From: Macrostomum hystrix
Taxonomy: Eukaryota; Animalia; Platyhelminthes
NCBI GenBank assembly: GCA_950097015.1
Contig: CATNEN010000007.1
Span: 2,170,001 to 2,234,000, forward strand
Reading direction: 5' to 3'
DNA length: 64,000 nucleotides
The translations under genes were made by a program, and so were the position numbers. How positions within the stretch are numbered: the stretch's first letter is position 1; every line of letters begins with the position of its first letter. The notes beneath the pieces are model-generated. The model searched no databases. It was not told the DNA's origin and saw nothing but the letters and a program-made list of their open reading frames with translations. Positions 52,001 through 61,480 of this stretch are shown here, in pieces.

Positions 52001-55000
52001 TACAACATCACTGCCTCGGCTGCGAATGAGTGTGGTACTCAGTCGAGTCGCGTGAGCATTGTGGTCCGACGACTCATCGAAAAGACGCCTTTCAGGATTG
52101 AAGTCATCGGTCAAAAAAAGTTTGTTTCACCTGATGAGATCTACACTGCAGTGTTGTTCGTATATCCTTCAATATGCTATGCGAAAGCACTGGACAGCCT
52201 GAGTGTAAGCGAAAATTTGCACTTCTTGAGGTAGAGAAAATGTACGTTTCTGCTCATTTCTCTGTGATTGATGTGTATTTTTGTTGGTGCGTTGATAGCT
52301 AAAAAACACATTGAGAGTCCCGTTGAATTCCGAATCGTTCCGCCTTTCTATAGCAGTTTTTTCTTTGAAAATATCTGCATTTACAGTACAGCTGGAAGAT
52401 CGTCGGCGGAAGCCGGGCAGTTGGAGTCGATGTGCAGTCGATTCAAGGACGCTTCTTCCGACTGCAGGCTGGAGTTCTCCAAGGCGGTCAAACGTACAAC
52501 GTGAGCGTCTGTGCCTCAATGCCAACTTGGCAGAATGCCGCGTGTGGTTTCATCTTGGTGGAGACAATAAGTCGACCCTTGGTTCCGCTGTTTCTCCGCG
52601 GAGGACGTTCGGATCTTGGCATGTCCGAGTCACTCCAGGACTCAGTGTACGTTATTGACCCGGACTTCTCAACTGAGGATCTCTTCGTGGCCATCTACCT
52701 GACCAACTTGTCGAATGGCGGAGCCATCTACATGCGCAATCTGCACAGCGGTGGTGTCATCTCTTCTTTCAGCTTCTTTGGCCTTGACGGCTTCCGAACA
52801 TCTTCAAGCATCATTCAAATTCCTTGGCCTAATCCGAGCGTCTATGAGCTGCCCTCAGGCTGGCTGAGGCTCACCGTCATCTGCCAACGTGGCCAACGTA
52901 GATCCAGCATCGCCAAGATTGTGCAGATTTTGCCGCGACCTCCTCCGTCAGTACGATTTCTGACAGAGCCGAGTAACAGGCCGAAAAATCTGAACGCAGC
53001 TATTGTCGTGACCGCCGTAGTAACTGCCAACGAGATTACGCAGACTCAGTGGGCTCTGGAAACTCAACAGGCAGGATTTGGCTCGCTGCCACTTGAGATT
53101 TGCTCGGTGGGGCCACCGCTGGCTGAAACCTGCTCACCAGGCCGCAGATGCTTCATCACTCTTGTCTTGAAGCCAGGACCGAGCTGCGTGTTTGCCGCCG
53201 GTGCTTCTTATCGACTGCTTCTGACTGCCAGTGCCAGTTCTGGAACAGCCCAGGCTCAGTTCGACTTCCGAATTAACTCCCCTCCAAGGGGAGGAGCGCT
53301 CTCTGTCACGCCAAGCCAGGGCACCGCTCTCAGGACCTCCTTCGCTCTTACCGTGTGGCCAAACATCACCGACGACTCAGACGTGTCATTCTTCTATAGC
53401 GTCATGTGCTGCCGCCAGAATTCTCCAAGCCAGTGCATCTCAGTCACAAGTGAGCCAACGCCTTCATCGATCATCACAACCCGACTGCCAAGCGGCAACT
53501 GGATTTGCAAAGCCTCAGCCATCGATTCTAACGGTGCAGGCTCGGACTGGTTCTCCAGCATTGGTGCGATTCAGGTGCAAACAGAGCAGTTGACTCTAGC
53601 TAAGATCGATGACATGATCAGCAACCTGAACAATATTTCTTCTAGCTGTGAGTAAATATTAGTTTCTGTGCTTTAGTTCGAATGAATCATGCAGATTTCG
53701 CAGTTGAAAATATGAAAAAATCTATTTGAAATCGCAGTTGACACTCCCAGTCTGGGTGGTATGATAATGATCGAGCCGGACGCCAGCTTGTCAGCAATCG
53801 AGAAAAGCAAACGTCAGGAGTTGGTGCAAGTATTGGCGACTCGCGATCTGCTCATGTTGGACACAAAGTGAGAGGACGCTTCTGTAGTTTTTAAATTCAT
53901 TTAAAAAATAACATACCAACCAATAGTTACTAACCGTCTTTTTTGACTGCAGCATCCGTACTCTTTATATTGTTTTACATTTATACACACACCTTATAAG
54001 TCAAGCGTGTCCCCGTTTTACTTTGCGACTCGCTTTAAGTACAATGTTTTATTTTCGTGTATGGTAGTAAAGTGCATGTCCTTTCAAAGTGATGGAGATC
54101 AATCGGTATCGCAGGACGCAAAGTGGTCTTACGCAGGACGGATAATCCTATAGGACTCGATTCTAAGCAGCTACAAAGAGGAATATGGTTCGCAAGTGCA
54201 AGTAAACAGGACAATTTCCTACGGGATCACGTAAATCAGGCATTCAAAACGGACAAACAAGCAGGCCATGGGATCACTTCTCTGGCGTACAAAAGGCATA
54301 CACAATGCACATAGACAGTTTGGGCGAATCAGAGTGTGGGAACAAAGACCTAAAACGAGATAATTTTTGGAGAAAAAACATCTTAGGATTGATATTCAAA
54401 ACGTAATGAAAGGCTTGAGTTGAATGCAAAAAGCCTAGGGAGTAGGCCTAGTTAAAAATTGTCGAATTTTTACTCCTGTAGTTAATTTTTTCCGCGAGTT
54501 GTTGCCTGTGGTCAGAAAAAATCTGAAGATAGATGCTAATGAAAGTCCAGAATTCAGAATTTTTAACTCAACTCGCGCGCTTCTGGGGCGCCATTCAATA
54601 TACGAGCGTAATGCTGTATTCTAAAACTACAATTTTCTGCGCAACTGTGAAAAATCAAATTCGTCGGAATGCCATTGCATTAGAAAGTATTTCGTTCCAT
54701 GTTGACATGTCGGCATCCCGCCAATTGAAAGAAAAATATCGCTACTTCGATTTCCCTTAGTGTTTTGAGAGACAGGATTGATAATCAACAATGCTATGCT
54801 GCTAACTTTTGCGTAAATTTTTTACCCTTACATTCGTTTCAGTGAGCCGTCGACATCATGCATGAGAGCTGCCAGCAGTTGCCAACTGCTTCGACGAACC
54901 AAGGCTGACAGTCAGTTCTTCACGAGCCTAGTACTTGACTCTCTGGAGAAATGCTTTAAAGCATTCATCTCACCAACGTCCTCCACAACATTGTCAGTTG

Positions 55001-56672
55001 GGGCGGTCGGAAAGCGCCGCCGCAAACGTGATTCTAACTCTCAGGGTGGCACATCGAGCAAGATGACTGCGACTGAAGTAAAGTCCGTGCTTGACATTGC
55101 CTCCGGAAGCTTCTATTCTAATCTTGATTCAACCGCGTCAGCTAATATGCAGGCAAAAATTCTTGGCACTGTACCAGCTTTCTGCAATAACCAGAACCCG
55201 AACGCTCTCGCCCAATCTGCGGCATCGCAGATGGCCGTTGTGCGAATTTACAAAACATCTTTTAAAACGATCGGCTCCGTCGATCTCGAGATGGGGTGTG
55301 AAGCTGGAGCCACTGACTGTCTAAACTCCTTCGCAGATCGTCAGCAGATTTTACTCGGAGCTGATCTGCAGCAGCGCTACTACAACTGGTCATGCGGACA
55401 GCCAGACTGCTTCCAGGACGGTGCCTGCATTGGTACGATCCTTCTGGATAAAGACCTGCTCACACCACAAGCGAAAGTTGCCACTCCAACAATTTCAACC
55501 CGACGCAGTCCATTGGCATACGTTGGCATATTTCATCCGAGCAATGGTGCCAACCAAAACGTCTCGCGCCTCAGCAATGCCGTCGCCATCACAGCCAACA
55601 TCAGTGGCTCTGTAAACTTAAGCAGCACAAGCCTTATTTGCCGAAGCTGGAGTGGCGTCGACTGGACTGCGGAAAACTGCACTACCAGAGCCCCATTCCA
55701 GACCAGCGATGGAATCTGGCACGTAACATGTTTGTGCCGCGACATCTCCTCCTTCATCGGTGTTTTCGAGGGGCCACCTGGCTTCAAGCCAGAAACCACC
55801 GTCGCTCCATCGACCACCGAGACCACAGCAGTGACCAGAACAGGGACCACAACAGGGACGACAACAGGGACCACAACAGTGGCAACGACCGTAGCGCTAA
55901 GTGTGACCGCGCCGACACTCTCTGATTCTTCAACACTGGCTGTAACCCTGCGAATCAGAATCGTGGAGAGCTACACCACAGTTGTGACCAGTGAAAACAG
56001 GCTACGTAGTTATCTAATCAGCCAACTTTCACGTCAGTTGAGGCTTGCTGATTCGCAGATATCTGACATGCAATTCGCGAATGGTAGCGTCCTCGTCAGC
56101 TTCACATTGAGCAGCCAGGAAGGCGACACTTCCAGTCTCGTAGCTGCGGTACAGTTGCTGGTGCAGCTGATGAACAATCGACAGCTAGTGCTTCTTGGAC
56201 TGAACAACAGCACGCTGACGCTTTCTTGGGACTATCTAGATGTGCTTGGTGTGCAGAAAAGGGCCGTGAACACTGACAGCGGAAGCAGCAATGTCGTCAT
56301 CATTGCAGTTGGAGTCTCTGTTGGAAGCGTTTGTCTTATCATCGCATTGGTAGTCGTTATAATAATGATGAACAGGAGCTTCCGGAGTAAAAAAGTAGCT
56401 GACGAGTCGCAGGAACAGAATGCTGGGAATGACAGCAGTGGGTACAGAACTGGCGACATCAACGCATCCGTCACCGGTAACGGCGAAAGTCAAGTTGCGA
56501 AAAAGAGTAAGTTTTTGAGCCATTTAAATCTCGAAGTTTATGCAGTGGTGACGTAAGGTCGTGTATGCACTTAAATTAATTTTTTTATGAATATAATAAC
56601 TCTGCCCTGTAAATATTTTTAGATATAATACAACGAGCCGATTCTGTTGACATCGTGAAATTGGACGGCTAA
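19098..56672 (+). CDS. Gene 2: giant paralog of gene 1 with 16 tandem Cys-rich modules, ~8,927 aa, 43 exons
   Basis: Exon 1 is 19098-19178 (MTSKKVTFLLLLICYFITITKQVCTTS, signal-like, donor gtaaga). Then 16 x [A exon 19261-19359 and B exon 19481-20629, each +1651n], with the last B exon at 44246-45391. Then 45559-45651, 46188-46837, 48504-50106, 50231-50721, 51101-51674, 51983-52204, 52387-53647, 53738-53867, 54843-56506 and 56623-56672. Total 26,784 nt with no in-frame stop. Eight downstream exons have exactly the gene 1 lengths (93, 650, 1603, 491, 574, 222, 1261, 130). AATAAA at 56693. Confidence 0.8.
19236..45370 (+). repeat. Coding tandem array: 1,651-bp unit, 15.8 copies (16 A/B exon pairs), near-identical
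   Basis: Track ORFs recur at exactly 1,651-bp spacing from 19394 to 44159. Unit = 99-nt exon + 121-nt intron (gtgagg...ttgcag) + 1,149-nt exon + 282-nt intron (gtgagt...ttacag). Few variants seen: A>T at 39727, 41378 and 43029; G>T at 40963. Confidence 0.97.
46188..53867 (+). CDS. Gene 2 core exons (diverged module, Cys repeats, IPT-like, REJ), mostly near-identical to gene 1
   Basis: Track ORFs 48523-50133, 50240-50725, 51114-51728 and 52432-53655 are almost identical to gene 1 ORFs 4992-6722, 6776-7312, 7701-8315 and 9020-10255. Confidence 0.88.
47098..48030 (-). mobile_element. Decayed non-LTR retrotransposon fragment (RNase H plus C-terminal CCHC) in a gene 2 intron
   Basis: Minus strand, broken by frameshifts and stops: TDSMKDGNAGFGV...GNSCTF and KTIIFNSDN (RNase H motifs), then KEIRAVTMTLIGLGCYARHCFLRG and a decayed C-x2-C...HFFGHC knuckle. 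Short (CAAGTAAGT)-like tail at 47098-47118. This intron is 1,666 bp versus 137 bp in gene 1. The 5' boundary is approximate. Confidence 0.7.
54843..56672 (+). CDS. Gene 2 terminal exons: furin site, GAIN/GPS-like, Thr-rich, SEA-like, TM, tail
   Basis: KRRRKR at 55012-55029; GPS-like from 55639; GSVLV at 56083; TM VVIIAVGVSVGSVCLIIALVVVIIMM at ~56293-56370. The phase-1 donor A|gtaagt at 56507 has the same phase as gene 1's last intron. Last exon 56623-56672 ends ...ADSVDIVKLDG*. Confidence 0.8.
55839..55876 (+). repeat. 12-bp coding repeat (GTTT)x3 in the Thr-rich stalk of gene 2
   Basis: acagggaccaca-type units encode TGTTTGTTTGTTT; absent from gene 1. Confidence 0.85.
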
Positions 56673-57855
56673 GAAACTATCAAGGCGAGAGTAATAAAGC
56701 GGGAGTTACAGAGTAGTGTTTTGAAGCACAAGGACCAGCTGACATAAATTTAATGCTTTTTAATTTTTGTCTATTTTGCTTCATTATATATCAATTATTT
56801 TTAACATTTTCGAATGTTTGATAACAATAGGAAACTATTCGAAACTTCGCATTGTGTAAGAACATTGTTGATTGAGTTCAACAAGGGCTTGAGAGTAGTG
56901 CTTAATGGAATAAAATAAAAATTCTGTAAATAATTCAATAATTACTTTTTATTACATCCACCAAACTGTACTGTCAATGTGATAATTTAAAAAGTGCTTG
57001 TGGTAATTACTTTTTGACCCATATGCTAAGGGGGCTCTTGTGGATATATATTTTTTTTGTATATGCACGTACACTTTATATATTACTGAAAAAACGTTAA
57101 TTATTTTATATAAAAATATGACAACACAAATGTAATTTAGCAGTTATTCAAGTAAATACGCCACAGTCGTAATAATGCTATTTATACAAATTATACGAAT
57201 ATATCCTATAACTCATGCATAACTTGTCGCTAAATATGTCGTAATCAAATAAACAGCAAAAATAGAAATCAAAACTTCTGTCCAAGGTATAATCTAAAGC
57301 CCTTTTTGTTTGCCCTGTTCTTTTCGTCGTTCCACCTTCTTCCTTTAACTCTCCGCATACACACAGGTTGTCTCAGCTCAGCATTGGGTCCATCAGCTCA
57401 ATTTTTTATAAAGCAATTTGCTGCAATGTTTCACTATTGCTATACAAAACTAATGCAACAAAAAGGCCCAATTACTTTCTAGACATCTTGTAGTGTCAGC
57501 TTGTTTGCCGTGTTATTATTCAGTACTTATTTTTAGACACGTGCATTTTGCTAAGAGTTCACCCACGCCAAGCCAGACTGGGCCGGACCAGCTGGGGGAA
57601 CGGACGCCCACCACCCCGCGAGCGCTACCCCTGGGCTACGGTCCCGGCTAATCAGCGAGCGACCCGGCCTCACTACCTGTCTACCCTCGGCAAGAAGCGA
57701 CCCCGGGGCTCAGAACGGCGGTCACAAGTCTACTGTGATTTGTCGCCTTGGCTCAAGCTACAGCCAGGCATCCACCTCGCCGATCGACCTAATTTGGGGT
57801 TAAAATGACTCTATATAACGAAGGGTGTTTTTGTAGTCCAAATTATCTTTTTCTT

Positions 57856-57937
57856 CGCAATTCGCCTCACACTGTGAGAAGCACGTGCAAATTATCGTTC
57901 TCCGCAATTCGCCTCACACTGTGAGAAGCACGTGCAA
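57856..57937. repeat. 47-bp-period direct repeat, 2 copies, containing the palindrome CTCACA-C-TGTGAG
   Basis: cgcaattcgcctcacactgtgagaagcacgtgcaa occurs at 57856 and 57903. Confidence 0.9.
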
Positions 57938-59593
57938 CCAGTCAACTTGTTTTGTCCCTCCCCGCCCGACCACACTCCGCTTGTTCAGTTAGGTAGCTTT
58001 CGGCGCTACGCGTCTTGAGAGTGCGCCGCTGACAAGGGTGGTCTAGATAGGCGCTTGTTGTCGAAGTCAGTACGTGCTCTCTTCGGAGACTCCGCCGTCA
58101 GGCAGAAGGAGTGCCAACCGATAGGATCTGTCGGGGCAGCGCTGAAAGCAGAGACAACCGGAGCCTCTCGGGAAGAGTAGGGCGCGGATGTAGGCCAGTT
58201 AAATAAAAATTGTTATATCCAAATTGTTAGACCAGACTTGCTTCTCACTGTGAGCACGCTATAATTTATTTCCGTGTGAACATCTATTCTGTCAGTATAA
58301 CTTTTAAGTAAAGTAAACTATATTCAAAGTAATTCCTATTCGTATCTGGAATCTTAGTCACAGCCGATTAACTCACTCCTAATCAAATTATTCGAGTCTT
58401 AGCGTTCATACTGTGTTATTCTTTTTCATTGGGAGTTTCGCCGGGCCGGAGGACGACACACGGGTCTCATCGCTTATCTATTCCACTTCGCTCGCTACCA
58501 GTCTCTAACGCTATTTAATTCCAGATTCCCTGCTGCTATTGAAACGATTGGTAGGACACCGACCCCGGTGAATAGTGAATAGTCGCTAGCTTTAAATACC
58601 TCACGCTCCAGCTAGGACATTCATTTTATTACAATCTCTCCCACAGCTATGAGTGTTGCAAAGCTCCACGGACTGATATGTACGCTCGTAAACTATTTAC
58701 GCAGTAAATAGTGATTTCTGTCTTGACATATTTAACTAACCCATTTCGATGTAAATAGTTGTCGTATATATTTACATTTTTTTTTGGATGAACGCTTAAA
58801 AAGGCTAGGCTATGCTATTCCGATTAAATGCTTTTTGGTTGCTTGTTGGTTAGATCGTCGACTCATGACGAAGTTTGGGGTTCGATACTCCATTCCACTA
58901 GAACAATGTGTCTTTTTAGTGGCAGTTAGACACAAAGTGCTGCATTGCCCCAGTTCATCCAGCTGTAAAATGTTTATCAACATTAGCTGGGCTTATGATT
59001 GACGGTGGGTGCGGCATCCTTTTAATCCAATTTGGACTAAACGCCCGCATGCAGGCGAATTAGATAGTGCATACAGCAGATACTACTGAAGTAGTAAGGA
59101 GCGAGACAGAACCGGTGGAAAATAGTGCGAAACAGCTAGGTAAATTTGCTCTGGTTCATTAATACCCGATTTTAGACGGACAGACCGCGGGGTTGGTCGT
59201 CTGATGAGGTATGTTGCTATAGTATCTGAGGCTGCACTGTTGACTTCACACCACACAGAGGGCGCTCTCGCACCAGGTGTCTCGATCAGACGAGATCAGA
59301 CCAGATCAGACCAGGCCTGCTAAACGCCGGTCGCTCTCTTATTGGCCGGGCTCCAGCACAGGGCGGCGAATGCTGGCCCACGTACCTAGCTCGGCTAGTA
59401 GGAAGTTTGGTGTTACCTGCAAGCTCTAAAAAAATAATTTTACAGCTTTAATAAGTTTTAAGTGAACTAAAAAGAAGAATCAATATTGCTAAAACCATTT
59501 AACGTTTGAATAGCATGGGAAAATCAACTATTTAAGAGTGACAATTTGAAAAGCGACATATTATGACATATTAGCAATTGGACTCTCACTAAG

Positions 59594-60222
59594 TGTGACC
59601 ACACCACCAATGCGGCATTCTATCGCCGCGCCGGCCTTGCTCGTCCAAACGAGTTGCAGCGACGCCGGCGACTTCAGCTGGCGGGCCACCTCATCCGCGC
59701 CGAAGCGTATTGCCCACAGCCTGTGGAGGAGGTGTTGCTGCTCACGCTGCAGGCACCCTACCGGCGAGGGCAGGTGCGCACCCGGCGCTTCATCGACGAC
59801 TCGACTGTCTGCTAGCAGACGCCCGCGCCCCGGACACTACCGGCGGCCCCGCGCACATTCGCGCCCAGGCCCTGAGGCCCGCCTTCTGACGCTGCAATTT
59901 GATCTTGACAGCGTACTTTGTTGTTGTTGTTGTTAGTGTTGGGTTTGCGGTTGCACTTTTATGCTTTAGACCTCGTTTACTTTCTATGTTATCTTACTCC
60001 CTTTCTCTCGTGCGCTGTCTCACTCTGTAGCAGTGTTTACTCACCGCATGTGCACCTGCGTGTCAGTGCATGTTTTAGCCCTCAACCTATCAAATCGTTT
60101 CAATAATCAATGTACATTCATCGACCAGTCTGTGCATAATAAATAGATCGCAAGTTTTGGCTCTGGCTCTCAACTGTTCGTTTGTCCGCTAACATGACCT
60201 GACTAGTGTTATTCAGCTTACA
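59594..60222 (+). repeat. Putative 5' LTR
   Basis: Starts TGTGAC (start uncertain), ends CTTACA just before the PBS; AATAAA at 60138. No second copy in the window to confirm it. Confidence 0.55.
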
Positions 60223-60225
60223 TTT

Positions 60226-60244
60226 TGGCGTCGCAAGCAGGATT
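60226..60244 (+). promoter_or_regulatory. Primer binding site, tRNA-Ser-like
   Basis: TGGCGTCGCAAGCAGGATT; its reverse complement AATCCTGCTTGCGAC-G-CCA has tRNA T-arm/acceptor geometry with a G discriminator. It lies 5 nt upstream of the gag ATG. Confidence 0.7.
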
Positions 60245-60249
60245 GCAAA

Positions 60250-61480
60250 ATGAGCATCAAACTGAGAGAGACACTGTCTCTAAACAGCATTGAAGAACTG
60301 CGCGCCTGGGTGGAAGTGTTTGACGCCCAGGCCAGGTCGAAGGGAGTCAGAGACGAAGACGGAAACCTGGCGCTGACCGATGCGTTCCTCGTCAGTCTAG
60401 GCGTGGCGGAGCTCATCAAAGTCAAGCAACTGGTGGCTCCGAAAATCCTCCCACAGATGAAGTGGGCGGACATAAAAGCGAAATTGCTGCTCTTCCTGGA
60501 GCCCAAGAAGAAGCTGCTGATCGCCGAGAGGACGTCGTTCATGTCGATGCGCCAGGCCGACGGCGAGTCTGTCACCAGCTTCGCTGCCCGCCTGAGGGAG
60601 CAAGCCGTCGTCTGCGAGTTCGATCAGCTGAAGGCTAAGGAGGCGGATCCTGCTGAACAGCTCATCGATCAAGATGCGGCTGATCGCGGGCCTGGCCAAC
60701 CAGCACATCAGGAACAAGGTGCTGGAGCGCGAGGTGACGCAGGAGCTGGCAGTTGATCAGATCACCGACTACGTCCAGCAGCTGCAGATGGTCAGCACAT
60801 TTTCCTTGAATGCTGCGGCTTCGGCGCCAGCGGACTCCGCGGTGCACCAGGCCACCCCGCTGCCCATCGGACCAGCTGCAGATGCGCGACCCAGCAACTC
60901 TGCGAGCTCATCCAGCGTGAAGGCCGTAGAGAAGCAGAGACCGCAGAGCTTCGGGTCCAAGAGCTGCCAGCGCTGTGGCATGCCAGCACACGGGAGGCCT
61001 GCCGACTGCCGTGCTCTACAAGCCACTTGCCACAAGTGTGGAAAGCAGGGCCATTTCTCCCGCGTGTGTCGAAGCGCCAGGCTCACTTCGCGGTGCCGAG
61101 TGGAGCAGAGCGCAGCATGCCGATCGGAACTAGCAACGAGCCTGTGTTCTACTGCAGAGAAGGACGGCAAGCCGAGTACTGCACGGTGAGGATCAACCAC
61201 CGGGACGTGCAGATGGAAAAGGACAGCGGCGCCTCCTGCTCGCTGGTCTCCCGGAGGATCTGGGACGAACTCGGCCGGTCCCCGCTGAAGTCGGCAAAGT
61301 CGCGTATGCTGGCCTACGACGGTCACGTGATGCGGCAGCTGGGCGTGCTGGAGTGCCTGGTGGAGACTAGCGGCAAGAAGGGCCAGTTCAAGGCGGCGGA
61401 GCTGCCGGTAATCGACTGCCAGCAGGAGTTCGTCCTGCTCGGACGGGACCTGCTGGGCCTCACCTCTGTTCACCATGCCA
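60250..61480 (+). pseudogene. gag: Gypsy gag-protease, frameshifted
   Basis: A 4-nt duplication near 60665 (ctcatcgatcaag) interrupts EQLIKMRLIAGL. Knuckles CQRCGMPAHGRPADC and CHKCGKQGHFSRVC. A second frame change near 61080 leads into the protease (MEKDSGASCSLV...LLGRDLL). Confidence 0.8.

Noticed and set aside
54100-54430. Possible decayed element in the enlarged gene 2 intron (975 bp vs 272 bp in gene 1)
   Set aside because: Only faint FW...KGL-like resemblance, no termini or TSD; cannot be supported without a search.
59173-59215. CTGATGA hammerhead candidate
   Set aside because: No stem II followed by GAAA; only an upstream hairpin.
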